Positions 34,403 through 43,460 of a DNA stretch of 64,000 nucleotides are shown here, in pieces (within the stretch, counting starts at the first letter, position 1; every line of letters starts with the position of its first letter). The notes below the pieces were generated by a model, which was not told the DNA's origin, searched no databases, and saw only the letters and a program-made list of their open reading frames with translations. Source of the stretch: an uncultured Chloroflexia bacterium (GTDB taxonomy: Bacteria > Chloroflexota > Limnocylindria > Limnocylindrales > CSP1-4). The stretch lies in the NCBI GenBank assembly GCA_963833225.1, contig CAWHXD010000008.1:736001-800000 (forward strand), written 5' to 3'. A program made the translations under genes and the position numbers.

Positions 34403-35019
34403 CAGAGCGCCCGCCGGCCCTGGAACGAGCGGATGAGGGTGACGTCGTCTGCGTACTCGAGGTCACCACCGACGGGCAGGCCGCGGGCGATCCGGGTGAC
34501 GGACCCGACGCGTCCCTCGAGGCGCTCGCCGAGGTACATCGCGGTCGCCTCGCCCTCGAGCGTCGGGTTGGTGGCGATGATGACCTCCTCGAACCGGTTG
34601 CCCTCCCCGGCCGCCTCGTCCACCCGTGCGAGCAGCTCACGGATCTTGAGCCGCTCGGGTCCGATCCCGTCGATCGGGCTGATCGCCCCGTGGAGCACGT
34701 GGTAGCGGCCCTTGAACTCGCCGGTCCGCTCGATCGCGAGCACGTCGAGTGGCTCTTCAACGACGCACAGCCGGATCTCGTCGCGGCCCGGGTCCCGGCA
34801 GATGGGGCACTGCGGCGCATCGCTGATGTTGAAGCACGTGTCGCAGAAGACGACCTCGTCGCGGACGGCCACCAGCGCCCTGGCGAGGGCACGGGCCTCG
34901 GCGTCGGGTGCCCGGAGGAGGTGGTAGGTGAGGCGCTGGGCCGTCTTGGGGCCGATGCCGGGCAGGCGCGCAAAGGCCTCGATCAGGCGCGCGACGGGCT
35001 CGATGACGGCGCTGGACAC
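34402..35019 (-). CDS. recR: recombination mediator RecR
   Basis: LPGIGPKTAQRL, CxxC-CxxC, YHVLHGAISP, ATNPTLEGEATA. Confidence 0.97.
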   Translation of the reverse strand: MSSAVIEPVARLIEAFARLPGIGPKTAQRLTYHLLRAPDAEARALARALVAVRDEVVFCDTCFNISDAPQCPICRDPGRDEIRLCVVEEPLDVLAIERTGEFKGRYHVLHGAISPIDGIGPERLKIRELLARVDEAAGEGNRFEEVIIATNPTLEGEATAMYLGERLEGRVGSVTRIARGLPVGGDLEYADDVTLIRSFQGRRAL

Positions 35020-35029
35020 GGACCGACCG

Positions 35030-35338
35030 TCAGCCCAGGCCGGGCAGGCGGAGGCCGGCGGTGACGGCGCCCATCTTCTGCTCGGCCAGCTGGGCAGCCG
35101 CTTTCAGCGCGTCGTTGACCGCGGCCATGACCAGGTCCTGGAGCATCTCCACATCAGCCGGATCCACGGCAGACGGGTCGATCGCGAGCCCGACAAGCTC
35201 CTGCTTCCCGGTCACCGTGGCCTTGACGACGCCGCCGCCCGCCGAGCCCTCGACCGTCATGGTCTCGAGCTCCTGCTGGACGCGCGCCATGTCCTGCTGC
35301 ATCTGCATCGCCATGCGCTGCAGGTTGCCCATGCCCAT
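35030..35338 (-). CDS. YbaB/EbfC nucleoid-associated protein
   Basis: EGSAGGGVVKATVTG...DVEMLQDLVMAAVNDAL, located between dnaX and recR. Confidence 0.95.
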   Translation of the reverse strand: MGMGNLQRMAMQMQQDMARVQQELETMTVEGSAGGGVVKATVTGKQELVGLAIDPSAVDPADVEMLQDLVMAAVNDALKAAAQLAEQKMGAVTAGLRLPGLG

Positions 35339-35429
35339 GCTGGTTCCCTCCCGAGGCTGTGGCGGTGGATGGTCCATCTCGACCCAGTCTCGCCCATGCG
35401 CCACCAGCATGCACGGACCGGGAGCGGGA

Positions 35430-37184
35430 TCAGGTGACGTCAGGCACGTCGAGGCGATCGTCGGCGAAGATCCGGTGTGCCTCGGCGAGGATATGCGCGG
35501 CCTCCTGGTCGGCCGGCAGCGGCGGCAGCAGGTCGAGGTTGGTCGCGATGCACCGGACCCCGACGTCGTGGCCCAGGTAGCCGCCGAGGCACTCCTCGAG
35601 CAGGGGCCGGCGGCGGTCGGCGACATCCTTGAGGAACCCCTGCTCCTCCGGGAACCCGAGCGTCACGACGTTGCCCTCGACCCCGATGGGGCGGCAGGCG
35701 GTGATCAGCGGCTTCACGGCGCGGTTCCGCTCGGTGATCGTGGTCACGACCGCGGTCCAGCCACGGCGTAGCCGCTCGAGGTCGTCGTCCGGCTCGCCAC
35801 CGGGCATGAGGGTGCCGGCGGCAGGGCTTGTGCGTGGAGCGTCGAGATCCTTCGCCGGCGGTGGGACCTCGCCGCCTTGGACCGGGTCCGGGCTCGTGGC
35901 TGGCGCCTCTGCCTCGCTCGGAGCCTGGGCGCCGGCTGGGGCCACGGCCTGGGCGGCAGCTGGGGCCGCGTCCGGTCCTGCTGGGTCCGGACCTGCTGGG
36001 GCCGCAGCCGCCCGGGACCGGGCTGCCGGGCGTGGAGCGTCTTCGTGCGCGGGCGCGGGCGCGCGTTCCTGTTGCCGCGCGAGCTCGGGTTGCCGCGCGA
36101 GCTCGGGCGGCTGGACGCGGAGCGCATCCGACGGAGCCGCACCGAGAGCCACGGCGGGCTCGAGCAGGGCCAGCTCGAGCTGGAGACGCAGGCCACCCGC
36201 ACCGAGGCGCGTCGGGTCGATGGCGGCAAGGCGGCGCGCGGCGGCGACGATCCCGGCGTCGGCAGCAGCACCGCCGCCGAACCCGGCGAGCATGCGCTCA
36301 CGGAGCGAATCCACCACCTGGTCCAGGAAGACCCGCAGGTCGCGGCCCCGCTCCTCGAGTCGGTCCAGCAGCGCGATCCCTGCGGCCGCGTCTCCCATCG
36401 TCAGCGCATCGACGAAGCCGTCCACCAGCTCGCCATCCGCAAGCCCCAGCAGATCGCGAACGGCGTCCGCCTCGATCCGGCCCGCGGTCGACGAGAACAG
36501 CTGGTCCAGGATCGACTCGGCGTCACGCATCCCGCCCGCGGCGAGGCGCGCGACCACGGCGATGGCATCGGGGTCCGCCTCCCGGCCGTCGGCGCCAAGG
36601 ATCCGCTCGAGCTTGCCCGTGATCTCGGCGGTGGTCAGGCGTCGGACGTCGAACCGCTGCAACCGGGACAGGATGGCCGGCGGAAAGTCCTGGGGATGGG
36701 TCGACGCGAACATGAAGGTCACGAAGTCCGGCGGCTCCTCGAGCGACTTGAGGAGCGCGTTCCATGCGTCGCGCGTGATCTGGTGGGCCTCGTCGAGGAT
36801 GTACACCTTCCGGCGCAGGTCCGTCGGCGCGTAGTTGAGCCGCTCCCTGAGCTCGCGGACATCGTTGATGCCCCGGTTCGAGGCGGCATCGATCTCCACC
36901 AGGTCCATGGCGCGGCCCTCGCGGATCGCGACACAGGACGCGCAGACGTCGCAGGGGTCGGCGTTGGGCTGCAGGTTCTCGCAGTTGAGCGCCTTCGCCA
37001 GGATGCGGGCGAGCGAGGTCTTGCCCGTGCCCCTCGGACCCGTGAACAGGATCGCGTGGGCGACCTTGCCCGTCGCCACCGCGTTGCGGAGCGTGGCGAC
37101 CACCGCCTCCTGCCCGACGATCTCGGAGAACGTCTGGGCTCGCCAGCGGCGGTAGAGGGCCTGGTGGGTCGTCCCTGCGGTCAA
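35430..37184 (-). CDS. dnaX: DNA polymerase III subunit gamma/tau
   Basis: ALYRRWR, GPRGTGKT, EIDAASNRG, ILDEAH, NALLKSLEEPP. TTG start with AGGAG upstream. Confidence 0.96.
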   Translation of the reverse strand: MTAGTTHQALYRRWRAQTFSEIVGQEAVVATLRNAVATGKVAHAILFTGPRGTGKTSLARILAKALNCENLQPNADPCDVCASCVAIREGRAMDLVEIDAASNRGINDVRELRERLNYAPTDLRRKVYILDEAHQITRDAWNALLKSLEEPPDFVTFMFASTHPQDFPPAILSRLQRFDVRRLTTAEITGKLERILGADGREADPDAIAVVARLAAGGMRDAESILDQLFSSTAGRIEADAVRDLLGLADGELVDGFVDALTMGDAAAGIALLDRLEERGRDLRVFLDQVVDSLRERMLAGFGGGAAADAGIVAAARRLAAIDPTRLGAGGLRLQLELALLEPAVALGAAPSDALRVQPPELARQPELARQQERAPAPAHEDAPRPAARSRAAAAPAGPDPAGPDAAPAAAQAVAPAGAQAPSEAEAPATSPDPVQGGEVPPPAKDLDAPRTSPAAGTLMPGGEPDDDLERLRRGWTAVVTTITERNRAVKPLITACRPIGVEGNVVTLGFPEEQGFLKDVADRRRPLLEECLGGYLGHDVGVRCIATNLDLLPPLPADQEAAHILAEAHRIFADDRLDVPDVT

Positions 37185-37252
37185 CGGCGCTCCTGCGAAT
37201 CCTCCGGCCGATGGCTTGCGGGCGCTGCGCCTCGGCCGTCGGAGGGTTAATT

Positions 37253-37519
37253 GCCGTGCACCCTCCGTCGATACGGACGCCCCCGCGCCCAGCGGCGAGC
37301 GCGGCTCGGACCAGGCCGTTCCGCGGCACCCGACGAGCATCGCTGAGTGCTGCTTCCTTCCGGACCTGACACGGTTCACGAGTCGCCGCTGCGCGGGACC
37401 CGATCCTCAACGTCGCGAACGCCGTCGGCTCTCGAAGAACGCCGACCTCGGGAGGGAATTCAGCCCTGCTGGAGCGGATTGCAGGTACAGGGCACCGCTA
37501 GTTCCCCGCCTAGCACGGC
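37253..37519 (-). ncRNA. ffs: signal recognition particle RNA, large (Alu-domain) type
   Basis: Minus strand 5' end GCCGTGCTAGGCGGGGAACTAGCGGTGCCCTGTACCTGCAATCCGCT, S-domain GTCAGGTCCGGAAGGAAGCAGCA, 3' end GTGCACGGC. TATGAT -10 box just upstream; typical position before dnaX. Confidence 0.92.
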
Positions 37520-37633
37520 GCGGCGATCATAGCAGGGGCGGTCGGCGCGGCCGGCCGGCGCGACAGGACGGCGGGAGAGCCACCCGACCCGGGGCCAAGG
37601 CCGGCACGGCCGCCAGTCCGGTCAGGCAAGAGC

Positions 37634-37721
37634 TGGCGGAGAGGGCGGGATTTGAACCCGCGATGGGTTGCCCCATACCGCATTTCCAGTGCGGCGCCCT
37701 AGGCCACTAGGCGACCTCTCC
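37634..37721 (-). tRNA. tRNA-Ser (GGA)
   Basis: Class II cloverleaf with long variable arm, anticodon GGA. Confidence 0.93.
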
Positions 37722-37778
37722 ACTCCAGAGCATAGCAAGACCCGACGGGGTCGCCCGTCGGGTCTGATTGGCGGCAGG

Positions 37779-37866
37779 TGGCGGAGAGGGTGGGATTCGA
37801 ACCCACGCTAGCTCTCGCTAGACCGCTTTTCGAGAGCGGCACCATCAACCACTCGGACACCTCTCC
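37779..37866 (-). tRNA. tRNA-Ser (CGA)
   Basis: Class II cloverleaf, anticodon CGA. Confidence 0.93.
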
Positions 37867-37972
37867 GCCGCGAAGGATAGCAAGGGGGGCGGCGACGGGC
37901 CATGGGGCCGCGATGGGCGAGCGCGGGGCTCGAGCAGGCCGGCGAGCCGTCCGGCTTGGCGAGCGTGCCGCC

Positions 37973-38425
37973 TCAGGCGCCCGAGACGGCGCCCTCGAGC
38001 TCGCCGGTGAGCTCCTCGGCCTCGACGCGGCGGATCCCGGAGACGACCTCCAGGCGTCTGCCGAGGCGCGGATCGTCGGCCAGCTGGATCACCGACCCGG
38101 CCGCCCCGCACACCGGGTTGGGCGTCGCGTAGACGAGGGCCGCGGCATCGCACTCGAGCATCGCCGCCACGCACATCGGGCAGGGCTCGATGGTCGTGAA
38201 GATGGTCACGTCGGTGAGGCTCCGGGTGCCGAGCCTGCGGGCGGCCTCCCGCAGGGCCGCCATCACCGCGTGGGCGGTGGGGTCCGGACCCGTGCCGACC
38301 CGGTTCGAGCCCCGGGCGACCATCGCGTCGTTCATGACCGCGATCGCCCCAACGGGCGGCGCTCCCCTCGCGGCGGCCTCCCGGGCCTCCGCGAGCGCCT
38401 CGCCCATGAACAGCTCGTAGTTCAT
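37973..38425 (-). CDS. TadA-like nucleoside deaminase with non-canonical active site (HAV instead of HAE)
   Basis: FMGEALAEA, PVGAI, N...DPTAHAVM, TIEPCPMC, NPVCGAAGSV; canonical tadA position next to tRNA-Ser/ffs/dnaX. Confidence 0.85.
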   Translation of the reverse strand: MNYELFMGEALAEAREAAARGAPPVGAIAVMNDAMVARGSNRVGTGPDPTAHAVMAALREAARRLGTRSLTDVTIFTTIEPCPMCVAAMLECDAAALVYATPNPVCGAAGSVIQLADDPRLGRRLEVVSGIRRVEAEELTGELEGAVSGA

Positions 38426-38586
38426 GTCGACGATCATAGCGACCGGCCCTCGCGTTAGGATTGGGGGGGACCCGCGTCGCGTCTCCGGCGCCCAAGGGTT
38501 CCCGGCCTTCAGAAGCGCGCAGGCGTGTGCGCCGCCGACCTTCAGCACCGCATCCCGGCCCGCGGCCGGGACCCATCGGAGCGCTC

Positions 38587-39779
38587 ATGGCAGGACCTCG
38601 ACGGATCGGCATCCTCACCGGCGGCGGCGACGTCCCGGGTCTCAACTCGGTCATCAAGAGCGTCGTCTACCGCGCCACGGATCTCGGGTACGAGGTGGTC
38701 GGGATCCGGCGCGGCTGGGAGGGCCTCACCCACCAGCGACGGACGGCGGACCTGGACCCCGAATACGCCCGGATCCTGGACCGGACCAACACCCGGACGA
38801 TCGATCGGACCGGCGGCACGATCCTCCACTCCTCACGCACCAACCCGCGCAAGATGCGGACCACCGCGCTGCCCTACTGGCTGGACCCCGCGACGATCGC
38901 CGACAAGGAGACGTCCGAGGGCGTCTACGACCTCACGGACCACGTCCTCGACACGATCGAGCACCTCGGGCTGACCCACCTGGTCACGATCGGCGGCGAC
39001 GACACGCTCTCGTTCAGCTCGGCGCTGTACGAGCGGGGCCTGCCGCTGGTGGCCATCCCCAAGACGATGGACAACGACGTCAACGGGACCGAGTACTGCA
39101 TCGGCTTCTCGAGCGCGATCACCCGGGCCAAGGAGGTGCTCAACCGCCAGCGGACGACGCTCGGTTCGCACGAGCGGATCGGCGTGTTCCGCATCTTCGG
39201 CCGGGACGCGGGGTTCACGGCGATGTACACCGCGTACGTCACGTCCACGCGCTGCGTGATCCCGGAGTTCCCCTACGACATCAAGGCCCTCGCGGACATC
39301 GTCAGCGAGGACCATCGGAACAACCCGTCCCGATACGCCATCGTGATCACGGCGGAAGGCGCGATCTGGGAAGGCGGGTCGATGGCCGACGTCGGCGACG
39401 CGGACGCGTTTGGGCACCGCCACAAGATCAACGTGGGCGAGGTCCTCGCATCCGAGCTCAAGACTCTGACCGGGATCGAGGCCGTCGCGTCCGATCTCAC
39501 CTACGACCTCCGATCGGGCGAGCCGGACATGCTCGACTCGATGGTCGCCACGACCTTCGCCAACGTCGCCATGGACCTCATCCGGGACGGCATCGGCGGG
39601 CGGATGGTCGCCATCCGCGACGGCAAGTACGCCCACGTCTCCCTCGCGGAGACGGGCAAGCCGCCGCGCCGGGTCCAGCTCGCGGCCTACGACACCGAGC
39701 GCGATTCCGACCCAGGTACTCGGACCGCTTCGGCGACCCGCTGCTCCTGACCCCGTCGCTGGGACCGGTCGAGGGCTGA
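38587..39779 (+). CDS. pfk: 6-phosphofructokinase, probably PPi-dependent; apparent frameshift near 39703
   Basis: TGGGDVPGLN, GGTILHSSR, GGDDT, PKTMDND and FGRDAG motifs. The natural-looking C-terminus RFRPRY...VEG lies in another frame. Confidence 0.88.
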
Positions 39780-39848
39780 GCCCGCACCCCTCTCCCAAGG
39801 CATCGCGAGGCGGGCCGCCGGCAGGCGGCCCGTCCCCACGTGCGGGGC

Positions 39849-40731
39849 CTACCCCTCCAGGCCCGACAGCGACCGGATCGCCCGGGCGAGATTGGACATG
39901 TCCTCGTCGCCATAGCCGCGGGCCACCAGCCCGGCCTCGAGCTGTGCGGCGAGCGACGCCACGGGCAGCGTTGTGCCCGTGGATCGCGCGAGATCGAGCC
40001 CGATCGTGAGGTCCTTGAGGTGGAGCGATGTCCGGAAGCCCAGCGGGTATTCGTTGCGGATCATCCTCCCGCCCCGGTTCTCGAGGATCCAGCTCTTCGC
40101 CACGCCCCCGCCCAGGGCGCCCGCCACGGCTTCTCGGATCCAGCCCGGCCTTCATGGCCAACGTCAGCCCCTCGGCCACCCCGAGATAGGTGCCGGCGAT
40201 CATGACCTGGTTGACGGCCTTGACGGCCTGGCCGCTGCCCGCCGGGCCGAAGTGGCTGATCGTCGAGCCCATGGCCGCGAGCACCGGGCGCGCCCGATCG
40301 ACGTCGCCCGCCTCGCCCCCCACGAAGATGGTCAGCGTTGCCTTCCTCGCCCCCTCGGAGCCGCCCGAGACCGGCGCGTCGACCATGCCGATCCCGCGCT
40401 CCCGCAGGCGGGCCGCGAACGCCGTGGTCGCCGATGGAGAGATCGTGGAGCAGTCGACGAGCAGGCCGCCCGCCGCCAGCCCGTCGGCGACGCCATCGGG
40501 TCCGAACACCACGGCCTCGACATCCGGCGTGTCCGAGACGCAGGTGACCACGATGTCGGCGGCGCGCGCCGCGTCGGACGGTGAGGCGGCCTCGGTCCCA
40601 CCGAGCGCAAGCAGGTCCGCCGCCCGGCCGGGGGTCCGGTTCCACGCCGTGACCGGGAACCCCGCCTTGAGGAGGTTGGCGGCCATCGCCACCCCCATGG
40701 TGCCAAGCCCGACGAACGCGATCCGGTCCAC
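39849..40731 (-). CDS. NAD(P)-dependent beta-hydroxyacid dehydrogenase (GarR/3-hydroxyisobutyrate DH family); apparent frameshift near 40133
   Basis: FVGLGTMG, DAPVSGG and GSGQAVKAVNQ; the C-terminus GFRTSLHLKDL continues in ORF 39849..40127. Confidence 0.88.
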
Positions 40732-41952
40732 CTAGATCTCCTCCTGCTGGCCGCCGGCGGGGCGGGTGTTGAGCGCGGTCGCGGTGACCTCCTCGCCGCG
40801 CAGCGCGGGCAGGAGCACCTCGTCGACGAGCCGGCGCGTGGCCCCCCCGGGCGGGATGTCGAAGCTCGCCCTCGCGAAGCCGTCGACCCGGCCGAGATCG
40901 AAGGCTCCGGCGCGGATCAGCGCCGCAACCTCCGCGGTCGTGTCCGCGATGGGGCCGGGCGCGTCCGCCCGGAAGTCGAGGTAGAACCCTCGCTCCTGGT
41001 CATACGTGCCCTCGTCGGGCGCGAGGAAGATGATTGGCCGACCGAGCAGCGAGAACTCGTAGATGACGCTGGAGTAATCCGTGATCAGGATGTCCGAGAC
41101 GAGCATCAGCTCGTTCACATCCGGGTCGCCCGAGGCATCGATGACGAACGCGCGCAGCTCCTCGGGCACGACGACCGCATCACGGATGAACGGGTGGAGC
41201 TTGAGCAGCAGGACATGGTCCTCGCCAAGGACCCGGTGCATGACGTCGAGGTCGAGCAGGTCCGCATAGCGCGCCCGGCGGACGGACTCGCCCCGGAACG
41301 TGGGCGCGTAGAGGATCACCTTCCTGCCCGCCGGCAGCGGGTAGGTCGCCCGCACCCTCGCTTCGGCCGCCGCCCGGCGCTCGGGATCTCCAAACAGGTC
41401 CGTGCGAGGGATACCGATCCGCGACGTGAAGATGTCGCCCGGCTCGCCGAAGGCCTCCGCGTAATGCCGCGCGACCGACATCGAGGACACGAGGGCGATG
41501 CTGTAGTTGGAGTGGATCCGGACGTGCCTGATCATCTCCGCGTCGGCGCCGAACCCCTTGTCGATCACCGACATCCCGAACTTCTTGAACGCGCCCGCGG
41601 CATGCCACACCTGGACCCGGAGCGTCCCGGGGCGCGGCGTGACGACGTACATCGGGAAGAAGTAGTCGTCGACCACGGTGACGCGGGAGGCCGCCAGGTG
41701 ATAGCCGGCGCGCAGGGTCGTCAGGAGCGGCCCGAACCGGCTGAGCCAGCCGCCGCGCCGCAGGGTCACGATCTCGACCGGGATCGCCGGGTTGCGCGAA
41801 CGCAGCTCCTCCTCGATGAACCGCAGGTTGCCGGTGAGCGTGGTGAGGTGGGTCGTCGCGAGCACCACGCGCGCCTGCGGCTGGCGGAGCCCGCCAAGCG
41901 CGAAGCCCAGGCGGGTCAGGAGGGTCCGGGCGACCCGGCGCCGGCGGCTCAC
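40732..41952 (-). CDS. CDP-glycerol/ribitol:polyol-phosphate phosphotransferase (TagB/TagF/TarL family)
   Basis: QVWHAAGAFKKFG, GIPRTD, ILYAPTFRG, KLHP, ITDYSSVIYEF. Confidence 0.92.
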   Translation of the reverse strand: MSRRRRVARTLLTRLGFALGGLRQPQARVVLATTHLTTLTGNLRFIEEELRSRNPAIPVEIVTLRRGGWLSRFGPLLTTLRAGYHLAASRVTVVDDYFFPMYVVTPRPGTLRVQVWHAAGAFKKFGMSVIDKGFGADAEMIRHVRIHSNYSIALVSSMSVARHYAEAFGEPGDIFTSRIGIPRTDLFGDPERRAAAEARVRATYPLPAGRKVILYAPTFRGESVRRARYADLLDLDVMHRVLGEDHVLLLKLHPFIRDAVVVPEELRAFVIDASGDPDVNELMLVSDILITDYSSVIYEFSLLGRPIIFLAPDEGTYDQERGFYLDFRADAPGPIADTTAEVAALIRAGAFDLGRVDGFARASFDIPPGGATRRLVDEVLLPALRGEEVTATALNTRPAGGQQEEI

Positions 41953-42074
41953 CGGCGAGTGGCTTCGGGTTGGGCACGCATGGCGCGATGGTACCGACCA
42001 CGGCGCCGCGGCGTGCCTGCGCGGGCTACCCTGTCGGCAGACCAGCCACAGTCCCCCGGAGATCCATCGGGCCG

Positions 42075-43460
42075 ATGCAGATCCACGCCATCATCCTCGC
42101 CGGCGGCGACGGCAATCGCTTCGGCGGGGAGCTGCCCAAGCAGTTCGTGCGGCTGGCCGGGGACCCCATCCTGCTGCGCACCCTCCGCCGCCTGGCCGGC
42201 GCGCAGATCGAGCGCCTGGTGGTGGTCGCCCACCCCCGCTGGATCGAGGACACGAGGCGCCTCATCGCCGATGCGGCCCTGCCGCCGGGCATGGACGTGA
42301 TCGTCGTCGCAGGCGGCATGACCCGCAACGAGAGCACGCGCAACGGGCTGGCGGCCCTCGGTGGCGCCGACGACGACATCGTGCTGGTCCATGACGCCGT
42401 CCGGCCCCTGCTCCCGCTGGACGTGATCCAGCGCGCGATCGAGCCGATCATCTCCGGGCGGGCGGACGCCACCGACACGGTGATCCCCTCGGCCGACACG
42501 CTCGTGATCGTGGACGGCGAGGACGTCGCCGAGATCCCCGACCGGGGACGCTACCGTCGCGGGCAGACGCCGCAGACGTTCCGGGTCGGCGTGCTGCGGC
42601 GGGCGTACGCGGCGGCCGGGGCTGCGGGCGACCTGTCCGCGACCGACGACTGCTCGCTCGTGCTGCGCTACGTGCCCGAGGCCCGGATGCTCGCGGTGGC
42701 CGGCGACGAGATCAACATGAAGATCACGACCAGGATCGACATGGTGATGGCCGACCGCATGCTCCAGATGTCGGTGCTCGTGCCGGGCCCCGACCCGACA
42801 CCCATGTCCACGCTCGCCGGCGCCCGGGTGCTCGTCGTGGGCGGCACCACCGGCATCGGTCGGGCGATCGCGGAGCTGGCCGTCGAGCAGGGAGCGCGCG
42901 CCGAGGTTGCGGGCTCTTCGCTGGGGCTCGACGTTCGCGACTATGCCGCCGTGGAGGTCCGTGTCCGGGAGGCCGCCGCGGCGATGGGCGGGCTCGACCA
43001 CGTCGTGTGTACCGCGGGCGTGCTTCGGATCGGGCCCCTCGCGACCACGGATCCCGCGGTGCTGGCCCAGGTCGTCGACGTCAACCTGACGGGCAGCCTC
43101 AACGTGGCCCGGGCCGCGTATCCGTTCCTGAGCGAGAGCCACGGATCGATCACCTTCTTTGCCTCCTCGTCGTTCACCCGGGGCAGGCCCGACTACGTCG
43201 CCTACTCGGCGAGCAAGGCGGCGGTGGTCAACATGACCCAGGGCCTCGCCGACGAATGGGCGGCCGATGGGATCCGGGTCAACGCCGTCAGCCCCGAACG
43301 CACGGACACGCCCATGCGCCGCCTCGCATTCCCCGACGAGGACCGGTCCGGGATGATGGGCGCGGCGGATGTGGCCACGGCCACCCTGCGGCTGCTGCGG
43401 TCCGACCTGACGGGCCAGGTCGTGGACGTCAAGCGCCACGATGTCGCTGGGGCTTCTTGA
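42075..43460 (+). CDS. bifunctional polyol-phosphate cytidylyltransferase (TarI/IspD-like) / SDR reductase (Bcs1/Acs1-like CDP-ribitol synthase)
   Basis: ILAGGDGNRFG...PKQF, HDAVRP, GQTPQTF, TDDC and NMKIT, then SDR motifs GGTTGIG, YSASKAA and PERTDTPMR. Confidence 0.85.
   Translation: MQIHAIILAGGDGNRFGGELPKQFVRLAGDPILLRTLRRLAGAQIERLVVVAHPRWIEDTRRLIADAALPPGMDVIVVAGGMTRNESTRNGLAALGGADDDIVLVHDAVRPLLPLDVIQRAIEPIISGRADATDTVIPSADTLVIVDGEDVAEIPDRGRYRRGQTPQTFRVGVLRRAYAAAGAAGDLSATDDCSLVLRYVPEARMLAVAGDEINMKITTRIDMVMADRMLQMSVLVPGPDPTPMSTLAGARVLVVGGTTGIGRAIAELAVEQGARAEVAGSSLGLDVRDYAAVEVRVREAAAAMGGLDHVVCTAGVLRIGPLATTDPAVLAQVVDVNLTGSLNVARAAYPFLSESHGSITFFASSSFTRGRPDYVAYSASKAAVVNMTQGLADEWAADGIRVNAVSPERTDTPMRRLAFPDEDRSGMMGAADVATATLRLLRSDLTGQVVDVKRHDVAGAS

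Noticed and set aside
35430-37184. Programmed -1 frameshift in dnaX (gamma/tau)
   Set aside because: No A AAA AAG or poly-A slippery site was seen; the A/P-rich linker with a short PELARQ duplication is ordinary.
37634-37866. tRNA-Ser genes as an integration site for a genomic island
   Set aside because: No integrase, no duplicated tRNA 3' end and no compositional shift were seen in the window.
42075-42780. Second IspD of the MEP pathway
   Set aside because: It is fused to an SDR and flanked by TagB-family genes, while a true IspDF exists at 15600-16787; a TarI/Bcs1-type role fits better.
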